A stretch of 64,000 nt of DNA. Source: Takakia lepidozioides. Lineage: Eukaryota > Plantae > Bryophyta. Shown here piece after piece: positions 11,768 to 26,200 of the stretch. Position numbers and translations under genes: made by a program. Under the pieces are notes generated by a model, which worked only from the letters and a program-made list of their open reading frames with translations, had not been told where the DNA came from and searched no databases. The stretch is taken from NCBI GenBank assembly GCA_030704615.1, contig CM060731.1, positions 44,826,001 to 44,890,000 on the forward strand, written 5' to 3'. Position 1 is the stretch's first letter, and each line of letters begins with the position of its first letter.

Positions 11768-13535
11768 TATCTTTTCGTCAGCAGTAGTTAACATAAGAAT
11801 TTATTCCATTTGCTAGTCTACTTTAGTGTGTCTAATGTTCCCATTTAGGATCATAAGTGATGGCTGGAGAGTCACACATGTAAATTGTTTCCTCGTTCAC
11901 TGGCAGAGAGAGTGACCAACCTTTGCCTTGTAATTCAAATGTGAGACTATGGCAAAGTAATGTGGAGTAGCCAGGCGAGGTGTTGTAAGATGGAATATAT
12001 CCCTTTGTTCTGTTACCAAGTTAACATGCCACTACAACTTCCAGGCAGCTGCTATAATTTTGAGTTTTGGTTTTGTGTCTATTTGAGAAGTTGGGGCCTT
12101 ACATCACTGCTTTGTTGGATGGCAGCATATTCAATTTTTAATGTATTCGCCACCCTCGATTTGTCTAGGAGCAATAGCAATGTGGGTGTTTGGTCTTCCA
12201 GATAATGTAGAGAGGAATTGTGAGGGAGCTTCTAACAAGCTGATATGGTGGTGCTTGAATAACATATTCTCACGACAAACTGAAGGGTTACAAGGGCTTC
12301 TGAATGCACGGAGCAATGCACTTCAAGGTCCAGGAAAGTTGACGAAACTGTCTACACATCCTCTCAACCGTAACTCCACTATCTTGAGAGAGACAAATCC
12401 TCCTCTGAAGCGACCTTCTTCGCCTTTATCTACTGGGGGATTGATCTTGCATCAGGTGTTAAGTGTTAACCTGGGAGGTACAAGATGATCAAACCTGTTC
12501 TGGCATGCGTGGTGGAGCGAAATGACGGTATTCCATAGGTAGAGTCTACGTGTCTACCCGGAGGGAGGGAAACCAGAAGTACCTACATAACAGACCCGAA
12601 AACCTGGAGTGTGGCCCTTCGCAGAAGTTTCGCAACATCTGTTGGATGATGTGTAAATCCAAAGGTATAGTATCTAAAGAAAACTCACGATTGTTATAAT
12701 ACGTAGTGTCCCTTCGAGTCTCGCGGATGCCAGCTCTCTTTTCCTTCTTGTCGTTTGTCATGCGCCATTCCTCTTGAGTTTCATCAGGGTGGGTGCCATC
12801 TTCCTAGTTTGTATACCAAGAGAATATTTTGTCACAGTATGAAGACAGTGGAAAACCTCGCGGGGATGGAGTATTAAGATGCGGCTTTATAGTTATGTTA
12901 TCCGAGCTCCATGTCATGTTTTTGTTATTCAGTTTCCCTCGCTCAATTCTCAAGCCCTGTTCTCTACCGGTCTTTGCGGTCTCACAGTGGTTATCCTACT
13001 TTCTGCTGATTTCAACATCGCGTCTCGTATTATTCTGCTTTCCATGATGAAGCATGGACGTTTGACCTACTAGAGTTTTCTTGACCAACTACGGCCATTA
13101 TCGGAATGATATGATATATGCGGCAGATATGCTTCGAGAGTGACAGAAACAGACCATGGCCACAAACTGAGCTTGATTTGGGAAAGCGGTCAAAAATTGT
13201 AGGATATGTGAAGTCTGTATGTGAGATATCGGCTGCCTGTCTGCCTTCACTAATCTATTCTCGGAGAAGCACAGTCTGGACAGATAACGTATACATTGAC
13301 ATTGCAAGCGTTTTCACGTGACAATGGCCAATTGCAACGGGAAAAATCGAGAAGAACACGACACAAAATATCTGTTGTGTATCTCAACAGTCAGCTTTTG
13401 GATTGACCTATCATGCCGAAACAGAGCTCCTGTTGGATGCAATTGAAGGCAGAAAGATTGGCAACTATATTTGTGATTCTGATCTATATTTACAAAATTC
13501 CTCAGCTGGTGGTTCAACTAGTTTCAACTCTGATC

Positions 13536-16500
13536 ATGGCAAAAATCTCAGATTACAACGTAGTACTTTTGGTTATAGTTATTATTGTTTGCATTGTCGT
13601 ATTCATTTTCAACGTCTATCTGCTAATAAACTACCAGCACCCCGATGACTACAATCAAGCGTATTTCCCCAAAGGCATAGTCATTTTTGGCCTCTCGGTA
13701 GCTCAAATCTCCATCCTACTGTTGCCGGCAGATGTCGCAAATGAACACGCATGCAAAAATTCGGTTTACTTGATGGCTTGTCACTACACTTTGCCAATGA
13801 AACAGCTCTGGTATGCAGTGTATATAATCGATGCACTGTTTGTCTTTTTCATCGTGCCCTTCTCCGTATTCTACTATGAGGCCGACCAAGACAAGTGAGT
13901 GCCTACTACTTTGACGACTGCCTGGACCGCTCTGTTCTTGATCTTATTCACGTTTTTAAATCAGGTGGTTTAGAATTGTTGAACTTGTCAATTGCAATCA
14001 GACTGAACAGTCCACCCTGACAATCACATGTTTCTTGTGCTTAATTTAGGGTTGTTCTGTCTTCCAACCAGGACTGTCCAACAGCGGATGTTTCATGCCA
14101 CACTCTGGGTACTGGTCGTGGCCTTGGTCTGCGGGCTTGTACTTGGCATTTGCTATGGTACGTCTTTCTCTTGAACTGGGCATCTTCTCAGTCTGTACTC
14201 TCTTTACCATTGTTCAATCCTTTGAAATTCCCTTCAGTCATTGAGGATAAGACATTGGAGCTTTTGCCTGAATAGGTGCTGATAGAGAGAATTAGTCCAG
14301 TAGGTGTATCTCGCAACCTGCTTGCCTTGGATAATTTGAGCTCCAAGGTAACATAAGCTTCTCCGCTTTTACCCATCCCTGCAATAAACCATCTACCAAT
14401 TGAATGTTTTGCCCGGTTTCAAATAGAGTTGATTTCTGAACAATGACTTACAGTAATAGAGTATAAACGCCGCACATTGTGTAGATCTAGTAAAGCTGAT
14501 AGCCAGGTCGCTACTGTCGAAAGCACACTACTGGAAGAGGACACTGTGATACAACAGTTGTAAACTTGCAGTCTACCAGGAGGTAGGCTTTGACGTGTGT
14601 GAGGATCTGCAGTACATCTCTTTCTACGTTTTCTCTCTGGTGGAGCATATTTTCATTCTTGATCGTATACTACTGGTTCTTGCAGCTCTGGTGGGCTATT
14701 CAGATTTTGCAGTCCGTAAACTCCAATCTACAACAGTCACCTTTACTCAGGACTTCACTGCTCTGACCATCCAAAATCCATGTCTGGCAACAACGGTTCT
14801 TGTTTCAGCAAGCAGTAAAAACTTGGTAATTTCACTTCTAGTAGCCTGATATTTTCTGTTCTACAGCAAGTGATATGTTAGGAGTTTCCAATTTTCATTT
14901 CACACTGCCACTTGATGGAACTATACATGCATATCAAGATGTTGGAAACCAAGAGAGCCTGTAAGTAATCACGTGATCTAGACTGAAGACCTTGACTAGA
15001 ATTTGTGTAGATTAATGCACAAAACAAAAGAATGGAAATGTTGAGTGTACAATTAAATTGGTTCCTGGGGATCTGGTGGCCTGTATGGGTTGGCTACATA
15101 GCTCTAGCCAGGAGACTAAGCCGGTCTGAAGTGATGTTGGCATGAGGCAGTGTTCATCTTATTTGGCAGGGGATAACACAACTAGCATATGGAGCATACG
15201 CACATCGTTTCCTGAATATGTTATTGCCCTCACCACTGTTGCAGGCTCCTTGTTATTTGTCGTATGCAAATTTCTTCCCATTCAATGTGCCCCTTTTTGA
15301 CAAAAGTGTATCATGCATGAGCTTGGTTTTAACTGGAGGAAAATCTGGTTGGCTGCCTAAACATTTGCACTGGTTTGGAGTCGCTGTCGTTTTACATCAA
15401 ACTTCAATTAGGGATTGTTACATTTTGAATTACAGGGCTATTAAGTCACTGCAGATTCCCGTGTCCATACTGACTGAACGGGAAAGAGCTCAATAAGACT
15501 GTAATGTAGGCCACAGTAAGAAGAGGACATGGCTATCACGTTGCAATGTGGAGGTTCTGCTTGAAGCCTTATGACTTGGTTCCTTCGAAAGGGACACTTT
15601 TGGCCTGGATGTGGAAAATGCAATGTAAGGAATAGTCAGATGTGAGGTTGAATACACACCCTGGCCAAAGCCCCCTGTGTGTTCTACTGCAGAGATTCAC
15701 ATCAAAGAAATCCAGTGCAATGAATCCCTTATGCAATAACAAGGACATTCAAAGGGAGAGAGATGCAAACATTCGGCAGAAATAGTTTTTCATAAGCCTC
15801 TGTAAAGTTTTCCTAACAATGTTGTATTTTCCCCTGCAAAATAACCCTATTGGGACTCCCACAGAGTTGAAAGAGATATAATGCAACCTGTATGCCGGAT
15901 GTGGGTGCAGATATTTGGTGGGGTTGGAATTGCCTGTTTACCTTTGAGCCTAATTGTTACATTTTTCCACCGTCCTAAGGCAGTTATCACACGCGCTCAG
16001 TATATAAAGGTGACTCTCAAATGCCCTTTTGTTGTTATGGGGCTATTGTACCATGAGCTCTTTGGCCGTAATCTCTTCCATTGGAATACATCAATGGAAA
16101 TGGCTTGCTGGAATGATTACCTCCCCTTGTTTCCAAAGGACTCTCGGATGTGCAAGGATAGAATGGTCAGATGAAGATTGCATTTTCACTTCCTTTTTGT
16201 CTCCAAACTCGGTATAGACAACTCAAACCTGCTGTTAAATGATGCTAAGCGGGATTTTGTATGGTGAATCTTTGGAAATACTCTAAGATGCTCCACACTC
16301 GTGAGATGCTTATGCAGGAGGCAACACAGATGGGAAAGCGTGCAAGAGAGATTAAGGAGATAGTCTTAGGCCTGCAACGTGAGGAGAGAGCTGGCAGCAA
16401 GGGACGTGCATGGAAGAAGAACTTTTTAAAAGTCCAGCAGGTTCAGGCTCGAGAAGAAGCCCTAACATGCCCCACATACATCTCTCTCTCTGTCTCTCTC

Positions 16501-19500
16501 TCTCTCTGAGCCAAAAACCCAGGCCCTTCTGGGGCCTAGTTACTGGGCAAACCACACACAGCAGATTGATGCTTGTGTGAAGGGATTTCTAGAGGATATC
16601 TGGAAACCCCGGATCAATGTTCTTTACCAAGGTAAGTCTTACTACCGATGTAAGCCCCTGACAGAGGTAGGTTCTGTCCCTTTGTGTTCCACTCAAACTG
16701 GGCGCGGGGTCAATGGGCACAAGGCTACAACGTCTTATGAGTACATTCTCTCTGTATGATGCTGTCAGACTCAGGAAGACAACAAATGCATGCACCATCC
16801 TGAATGTATCGATTTTCACTTCTGAGAGTTGAGGATAGAGATTATCCTTGCAACTACACTACCTATGGCCAGTTGTACATCCACACCCAAGCAGAGCCAT
16901 AATTGAGAGGGGGAGAGATGGGTTTGAATGAAGTTGGTCAAACATCTTGAATGAGCTTTTGCACGAGGGCTTCTGTAAACTGATCATAAATAGAAATGGT
17001 GACTCACTGCTGTTTGTACGTCAGGAGCGAAAGGGAAGTCATTAACCACTTGAAACTGCAGGAGCTGATATACTTGGAGGAGGACGAGGAGGCTTTGTCG
17101 GAAGTATACCCTCAAGGAGAAAAGGTCAGTTTTAACTCAAACATTCCGGCTCCAAAATTGACCCGGCACTGATTTGAAGGTTAGATAATAATCTACATCA
17201 TTGCAATGAGCCCTGTATAACCAAATCACTAGCCATGAGAAGAGCATAAGATAGGTGTGTCTTAAGCTGAATTTGGCTTATCTAAATGTGTTTATTCCAT
17301 GAGAGCAGCTTATCTGTACACAATTATATGCAAGCTTGCCTTCAAATGTACTGGGCATGAAGTTCAGAGCCTATCCAAGTAGATAAGTGGTGGTCACTAT
17401 CCCCTGTGTTGTGGCTTGGCAGGCAGATACATCATGGGCGCTTACTGTCCTTAGTTATTTATTTAGACTTTTGGGAGGAATGATTGGGTAAGCCTTCTTG
17501 CACAACTGTACATTGATCTCCAGAATCAGGTTTATTTCATATGAGGATGACATGGTGGATGCTTCTATCCCCTATGGTCAAACATTAGTTGGCTTGGTCC
17601 ATGAATGTGCTGCTGACAGTTCTAGTCGTGATTATACAGGCAAAACAGATTCTTAACTAGTGGATTCTCTCCCTTGTCTGGTCTGGATGTGGTAGGATTG
17701 TTGTGTCAGTTGTATGGCTCGTACATATCATTATCTTCATGCTAGTCAGCCCTCCTATAGACTCATTTCTCAACAAGTTCTTCGTCCGACTTGATAAGGC
17801 CTGGGGTATGTACTTCATTGCTGAAAGTAATATCTTCCTCACTAATATGATTAGTACAAGAACTAGTTGTCTTTCCTTTGTATTTTTGTCGTTTCCTTTC
17901 AGGTCATCAGGATCCCCAGTGGACGCTACAAAGTTTCCCTTTTCGAGGACATTATTAAGTACCATTTCATTTCTCTTTCTTCATGTGGACATTATAGAGA
18001 TTTTTGGCCTTATTGTTTAAACTTTAGGTATTGGACAATAACTTGGCAAACTTTACGTACAGTTTCTGACCCTCAGGCTGTCTTTGTTGAGGGATATTCA
18101 GGAATGTTAGGCACGGTGGCATTTGCCATCTTCTGCTTGTATCTGTTACTGGCAGTAATCTCTGGAGAAATGCATCTTGGCCTCAACTTTCTCTTTATGA
18201 CAGTCCATCCAATGAAGTACGTTCAAAAGTTGTTTTGCTTTTGTTTATTGAAACAAGTCGCCAACAATGTGGAAGATAATCATGTTTACTTGATTTCAAT
18301 ATCAACACAGTTTGGGACGCTTAATTAAAGTAACATTCTTATCTGTGCTTGTGAGCATGGCAGATCAGAAAAGAGGCACTCCTTGCTTGATGAATTTCGT
18401 AGTTATTGACCCTCTGCTCTTATGAACTGAAAAGGAGAGAAAGAGAAAAGTTGAGAGCTGCTATGTAAGTGAAGAAGTTTGATCTGACTAGTTTCCCTGG
18501 ATACATCTGTTCACAGGTGGAATGGGACCCTCATGAATTCCTTTCTATTCAATGTTGGGTTGATTCTTGCATGCACCGCCAGGTGGCCAATAATTCTTCC
18601 CTCTTACCTCTTGTTTAGTTCATCTTTGGCTACCAGTTGTTAATATGGTGGCCAATACAATTTCCACATTGCAGGGTCAAAGGGCACATTTCTCTCAATA
18701 CTACAAAATAGAACCCAATTCTGGAGTGACTTTTGAGCAATACAAAAGTGGGAGGCCTTGAAGCCAATGCCTTTGCAGAAGCTGTGAGTACTGGAATAAG
18801 CTGCTGACCACAGTTCTTTTTCCCCCTTTCCTTCCCCACTTTTTGAGTGCAGTGTAATTCAGTTCTGTGCGAAGGCATTCTCTCTCTATGCAGATTCCAC
18901 AGCTCTTGAAGAAATTTTTGGTCATAGCCTTGAATCCTTACGAGGCATCAGGTACCTTTTCAGGTAATCCTTCTGCAATTCCCTGTCATTTCCTCCAACT
19001 AGACTCACCAACAATGTGTCAAGACAATTGAAGGTGTAAAAAGGAACAGATCAAGAGATGGAAAACCCAGAACACTTGTCTCGCCCAGTGTGATGTGTTG
19101 AAGCCGACTTTCATGCAGAGTGTGGAGTGATGCCCCCTAGGTCAAGTCCTTCCACAGACACCCACTCCTTAGGGGAGTTTTTCTGAGCGACTGCAGCTAA
19201 ATGCTTGGCAAAGTCATAACTGGGGCTTTCTAAGTCTTTGACGGATTCTGACACAAGAAATACCACATCTAGCATCACATGTCAAAAAGCGTCCAGCTCA
19301 CAATAGCTGACCAAGGTCCACTCTAAATATGTCAGCTCTGTGGCTTGTCACTCAGATATTCTTGTTTTGAAGTGATCGAACAAACATGGTGTCAGCCCAA
19401 TTGCCCAGTCATGATCACCAGAAACGAGGGTCCAGAACCCAAGTGCTCAAATCCAGTGTGATCTTCTCAAGCATAGGTAGTTCATAAAAGCCCGGATAAA

Positions 19501-19935
19501 GGAAAGGATATCCAGGTAAAAGAGAAAGACAAATTGGGTGGAACAGCAGCCTGTTGGAGCGTCATTGTGGCTTAGAGTGCACACACATCACTGAGCAAAC
19601 AGAGAGCTACATAACCACTTGCAAAACTTGCCATATTGCATGTTATCTTCCACATGGATGTATTGTTACTTAACCTAGCAGAAAATCTACGAAAGAATTT
19701 AACACGGTGGTTGATTCCTGATCCAGATATAACGTATTTCAAATCGCATTCGTCATTTTGGCTTTCGGGACTATCATCTACTACACGTGTTTTGTACGTG
19801 TTTGCTTCCATCTCTCCTACCAAACTTACATCCTGAATTTGCATGACTCCCTCCTTTCTGTTCAAAGATGGCGTCCTTGGGCAGCTGATGAGGCCCTTCC
19901 GTCGCTTTCGAACATGTGAAAGTCGTTTTATATGA
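13536..19935 (+). CDS. LMBR1/LIMR family multipass membrane protein (At5g01460-like)
   Basis: YQHPDDxNQAYFPK, [69 protein letters not shown]. Exons 13536-13894, 14072-14157, 14686-14825, 15151-15261, 15911-16009, 16318-16440, 17062-17124, 17423-17487, 17696-17805, 18102-18216, 18518-18582, 18853-18963, 19727-19793, 19885-19935. Confidence 0.93.
16506..16744 (+). mobile_element. 5'-truncated copy of the same LINE in LMBR1 intron 6
   Basis: Matches ~6987-7232 with more divergence; ends tatgagtac; flanked by tacatctctctctctgtctctc (5') and tacattctctctgt (3'). Confidence 0.92.
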
Positions 19936-20064
19936 CTCCGGAACCTCTGCACAGTTTCGGATTGTTCCATCACATATTTTTTAGTTTGTACCTAGAGAGT
20001 TTTTGATGCAAAGTTAAGGGCCCATGGAAAGGGTAAAGGCAGAAGCTTGCCAACCAGTTCCTAA

Positions 20065-20513
20065 GGGCCACTTTAGAGTAGGGTCCAAGACCAGGATTAT
20101 TTGTAGAGGGTATTTCCTTGGTCATGTTGGCTCTACACTGTGGACCAAGACCAAGAAAGTTAGGAATGACATGGCGAAGAAAGGAACCCATGTAGTTTGG
20201 AGCAGTGCTGGTTTGGAGGACCAACTCTTGGACATTGGACCAGTATAGAAACATTAAGATATATTTTTCTCAAATGATCGTGACCTTCCATTATAATCAA
20301 TCTCAAATATTGGGTGAGAAAGATAAGGTGAGGGAAGGTGAGACACCTCATTTTGAGTTATTGGTCTTGGTCATGGTCCCAAGGCCTTTACGGACGCACT
20401 TTGGTCCTTAGGATATTAGTATTTTAATATCCATCTAAGGACAACATCCGGACCGAATTGCTTCAAATTGCTCCAAAGGTTTCACGGTCTTGGTCCGTAG
20501 TCTAAAGTGGCCC
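20065..20513. mobile_element. Tourist-like (PIF/Harbinger) MITE, 449 bp
   Basis: 28-bp TIRs GGGCCACTTTAGAGTAGGGTCCAAGACC and (reverse complement of right end) GGGCCACTTTAGACTACGGACCAAGACC; TAA TSD on both sides; internal ggaccaagacc-like repeats. Confidence 0.9.
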
Positions 20514-23299
20514 TAAGTTTCTATCCACGGTGGTCACCAAAGTCACCATTGGAACATAAAATAGTTTTGTAGAAGTAGGGAACTCATATAGACATCTTGA
20601 TTCAGAATTGGCAAAGCCAAGTTAAAGTTGAAATTGTTATATACAAACAAGCTTGGGGTCAGGCAACAATTGTCGTCCTTCCCTTTTTTTCTCACAAGCC
20701 TCAATGGCTTCCATGGTTTTCCGGTTTCTTCCGGGTCTTCGCCAATATGGGATGGAGCTCTTCTGCGCCTAGTCCTGAGAATTGAATGCCATGAATTTTG
20801 ACTTGCATGTGTTGGTTGTAGCCTCTCCAACAACTAGAGATGGTTTGATAGAGTGTACTCATAATGGTTTGGTAGAGTTGTCCATATTCACTAGTTGTAT
20901 CCATTAGGTTATCAGGTGGTCTCGTCTAATAACGACCACCAGTGTAGTCAAACGATTAGCTTATCAAGTGGTCTCGTGTACCAAAAATATCACCGAACCC
21001 CACACGATCGTGGAAAAGCTCTACAAGGCCTAGCCATTTTCTCTAAGCACTGCGCAGAGAGCTAAAATTGTGGGTTGAGCTCCCTCCAAATTGAAGGAGC
21101 CTCTTTAGTACCCGACTGGGAACTAGAGAAGACACCCACACAACCCTGGTACAATTTGCACACTCATACAGATCATGTTATTCAGCTTCCTGTGGATATA
21201 TACACACATTATCTTTTCTTTATGCTAACGGAGGTTAAATGGCACACTGCAGGGCTGGAGAAAGAAGGTCAAAAGAAAGAACAAATTTGTGTCAATCTAA
21301 GGTCAGCTGCACCATCACAAAGCATTGACCTATCATTGGGTAGAGAATGGATGTTCATATGCTTTGTTTTCTTTCAGTCCTTTCCTTGCAGGATCGAGTA
21401 GATGTGTGCATCATGTACAATCAAAAACCTTGGGAAGAGGAACCCCAGCCTGCCTATCCAATATGCACTTCCTGCCTACAGCAAGCAATGACAAGAAGGA
21501 AATCTGGCCTTGTGTCTCGTCAATAGATGCATAGGCAAAGGAAAAAAAATTTGCAAAAACTCAACAAGAACTCCAATATTAGCAATCAAGATCATAGATT
21601 GCAGCAAACAACAATAACGTCTAGATGTAGTTTATTGAACACAGCAACCTGGAAAAAGAACAAGAATACTCAATGAAACTACGATAACAAACTACAAAAA
21701 ACTTTAACTCCACATAAAGCAAGAAACAAAAAAAACCTAGACATGATATACAACAACCTTGACTACTCGCAGTGGACAAGGAAAACTAGGCGTAATGGCA
21801 AGGCGAAAAAAGGGGGGTGAAATAGAATAAAATGAATACAGCACAAAATCGACTATAACATTTTGATCCTAAACAGCCTCATCCAAAAAGGTATCTTGGT
21901 ACAATGAATGCTATTTACATATCTATGTTTCCAAGATACATTTTTTCAAAATATTTGGACCAGCTATAGTCGGTCATTCATAATGGGATGACCGGTTAGA
22001 GCCGGTCACCAAGGTGTGTAGTCAACACGTCATAAATACATAGGATTCAAAGTACACGTGTATTCCAAAAACTCATTGTGACCCAACCTTACATACCGTA
22101 CTGACGTAGTTTATTAGGCAATAATTAATTCAAAATCAAGTGCCTAATTAAATTTAGAACATTTTTGGAAATGTGCTTAAAACTTGGAAAAACACCAATT
22201 TCAAAATTGTAAAAAACACCAAAATGTCAAATCATGCCTGAATTGTATTATTTAAAGTCCAAAAAATGGCAAAAATGCCTGTAATTTATAATTTCATGTC
22301 CACACAACTTCCAAGGGCCCTGCATTGATGCAACAACATCTTTGTAAGTCTCATCACCTATCTTATGTGAATCTTCTCAATATGAGAGAATCAGGAACAT
22401 CATTACCCTCGATATGCATGTTTGCAAGACAAACATCGGCTCATGCTCTCAATGACACTTCCATCAAGGTAATATCTATTTTCAAGATCATTATGCTTTT
22501 TTTTAAGAAAAATTACCTCAACAATTTTTTTTTCTTTTGATAAACAGGGGATGGAGGCCCTGGAAAATGATGAACGGGGAAAAATAACCCGTTGAGATAC
22601 AGCCTTAAAGCATATGAAGGGGATACCACCCGGTGACCAGAAACTAAGAGAAACCAAGCACTCAGTTTACAAGCCTCAACAATAGTTTTTGAGGGAGGTA
22701 AAAAATAATTGCTTAGGGTCGACTATAATACGTGCCTAATGTTTGGAAATTACCTAGGCGAGGTGACTAAGTGTTGTACTGGTATCAGGTTTAGGACATA
22801 CCAAGTTGGGTATCTATAATGGTGGAAATGTTTTTTTTATATACTGGTATGAATATGAGGACGATGTGCTCCGCAAGTTCCGGTGAGAGGGCTGGGGACT
22901 TAGCCGATTTGCGAGTCCCACCCTACTCGCGACGAACGCAACACCCGAACCCTCTCTCCATCAACGAATGCATCCTCCCCGTACATCTTCTCTCTCGGTT
23001 TGCTCTGGATGTGTCATCCCTCTAAAAAATAAAAAATAAAACACTCCCTCTTCTGCGATTTTCCCCGCTCTACGACCCTTCAATTGCTTTGTCTTATCTC
23101 CTTCACTTCCCTCTCTCGGAAAGCGAGCTCGCTTGCCACGGATATTGAGAGGTTGCCTGCTCTTCCCGCTCTCTAGAGCTCCTTCTGTCTCGCTGCCACA
23201 GACATTAACACTGCAGCTGGCGGGAGTCTTTCGAATGCCTGAGAATGGCCACAAATCTGCAGGCAGATAAGTTCCTGCTCCTGGTCACATTCTCTCCAC

Positions 23300-26200
23300 T
23301 CTCTACTTATTCTTGCTTCATCTTTGGGCTCACAATCTCCTCCCTGGTCATCGCAATTACCAGCCTTCTCTCTTCATCAAAATAGCTATCCTTCGGCAGC
23401 TCTGATCTGCTCCCTCTCCCTCTTTCGTCTTGCTTTGGTCCTCAAGGCTGGTCCCTTCAGTGCTTTTAGGCGCTACCCTTTATGGCTCCGGTCAATGCAG
23501 TCTCTGGGGGCCCGCCCAGAAACAACTCCCGTCCTAATAAGGGCTCAGAGAGAAAGGAGAAGAAGCGGTACCTTCGGAAAGGTGGGTGGCCCTGGTTTGC
23601 TCGGTGCAGCCCCATTCTCTTCTCCCCTGAAAAGACAGCTTGAGACCTGGAACGAGGCTGCTGCAAAATCCTCCGAAGATCAACCAATTTTAAGTCTCGA
23701 CATGAATGTCATTAAGGAGCACACTAAGCTGCTGTAAGAACAAGGGATCTTGTTGTACTTTCCAGGGAGGGTTAGAGACAAGCACTGGGCGAGAACGTGG
23801 ACCCCTGAACACCTTGGGACTGCGGGTGGCCTTACCCCTCATTTTTGTCACCCCCAGGGTAGAGGGTTCTTCTCGATCGTGTTTAGTTCTGCTGAGGATG
23901 CTGCCAAAGCCCTGAAGTTCAATGTTAGGAAATCAAGGTTTAGAGTGCACATATTCCCTTGGTCAGCTCATTGGGGACACAGATTAGGTGTCACTTGCAA
24001 ACCAAGGATCATAGCCTTGCCTTTTCTGCCTGGGAACTATTTGAGATCTTTACCCGAGATAGGGGCTCATTTCGGTTCATACATAGGCTCCTTAAATGTC
24101 AGTGATTTTGAGGAGTCAGAGCAGCTGAGCTTCGATTCTGAAATAACCCGTTTGGACCCCTCCTAGGATTCGGGGGTTCCCAAGCTAGTTGTGTGGATGC
24201 CGGAAAGTGTCAAAATCCAGGAGTCCTTGAAACTGCCCACCCTGGACAATGCTTATATCACAGTTGTTGTTTTTGAGGAGTGCCTCAGCATCATATGTCA
24301 TCATTGTCACAAGGATGGGCATGTTAAAGCTGATTGCCCCCAGCTTTTAAAAGACAGATCTGCTGGTCAAGTGCTCATTGCTCCCCCCACTGTTCATGTG
24401 GGCGCAGAAACCCAAAGACAGGTTGCTGGAGATATGCAGAGGGGAGCAGCCCACCCGATGCATCATCATCCAAGGGAAGAGTCATCTCCAATCGACATTC
24501 CTCCTTCAAAAAAGCAAAGGGTCTTCTCCACCCCTTCCCCTGTGCGTATCCTCAGTCCAAGTGAGGTGCTTATCTCCCCAATCAACCCTTCTGCCCGATG
24601 TCGAGTTGAAGCGGCCCGTTTCCAGCTTGCAGAAAACGAGCCTGACAACATAGGTGCCTTCTGCTCTAGGCTGAAGACCTTCACAAGATTGGGGCTACCC
24701 GACGATTTCAGACCTGAAGGCCCCCTCACAATGGCGGTTCACATTACCCCTATTTCTATGGGCTCCCTCAGGGGGTTCCAGCGCTACTGGCAACTGGAGG
24801 AGACACATTCCTGGGTTCCTGGCTATTCCCAGATGACATTCATGCATTTACTCCTGGAAATGAAACGAACATCATTCTATCTAAAGTCCACTCCATTTTC
24901 CTTACTCTACTCCCCCACATTTCTATTTCTGAGTCCACACCTATCTTTTTTGGTTCCTTCTTGCATAGATGTTCTTCTGGTAACTTCAATATTCAACTCC
25001 TTCCCACCATAAAATTCTTTGATCCAAGTCCAAATGACGATTCCTTCTCGTTCCTGACTTGGTTATCTGGCAAGCAGATCCCACTAAGCTTTGGGGAGCC
25101 AGGAAACAGGCCTTTTTTGGCAGCTATCTACAACGCTGGGATGCTCATTGTGGATCAGATAATTGGCAGACAACGACATCTACCCTCTGAATCTGAGCTT
25201 CCATCGGATGACAACATCTTCATATTGTCCGACATGGAACTCGTCTCTCCCTCCCCCATGAGCTTTGACAGTACCTTCTGCTCGCAGGCTTTTGTTTCCC
25301 AACAGTCATCTTGTATGTTGAACTCTTCATCTGATAAAATACAATTATCTTTCTTCCCCCCCTTTGAAGGAACTCCCTCCCCTTCCATCTCTTCAAGTTC
25401 CTACTGCTTGCTCTCATCCTCCAACAGAACTGGTGGCAGTTACACCTGGACTCTTGCCTTCTCCACTGCTGCCCCCTTCCAATTCTCCCTCAATCCCTGG
25501 GACGTTTATCCCTTGTATGAAGCCCCCATCTGGAACGGCAGTGCCTTATCCCTCTTATTTTCTATATCTCATGATGCCTTCAGCTTGACATTGTTGGCTG
25601 ATAGTGCAAGTCTTCGATTCTCTTGCTTTAGAAGGCTATGGGCCTGCATTTGTCTCCACTTGTTTCCTGCTACCTGCATTTTTACAGATGGAAACCCTAC
25701 CCAGTGTCATCACCAGCCATCAAATCATGGACCGACATCCATGGGCTGCTCATTGTGTCCATCATGACATGGTTCCTGCACTCGTGGAACATCCGAGGCA
25801 TTGGATCAGATGCCTCAGTGCCCAAGAGAAGGAAAATCAAGCGTTGGGCCTCCTCCTTGATGTCGTCACCTTCCATCATCTTCCTGCAAGATACTAAATT
25901 GGATGCTGCTAAAATAAATTCTATAGGGAACACCTTCTGGCCAGGCAACCTTTCTTGGTGGAACCCCACGGTTGCAGCATCGCGAGGGGGTACTGCCATT
26001 CTTATTTCTCACCAAATAGATGCTCGCACTCCCCCCTGTCTTGGTCAAAATGTCTCCCACAAGCTCCAATTTTGCCAGACTTCGACCATGCGTCGGTGGC
26101 TGTGGCATTTACCCCACCCGGAGTGCACGGTAGAGGTCGGGGGTACTTTAAGCTGAACACAGCAGTTCTGAAGAAAGAAGAGCACATCATATTGTTGAAA

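Noticed and set aside
20900-22800. AT-rich stretch that looks like transposon debris
   Set aside because: No TIR pair, TSD or coding motif could be established
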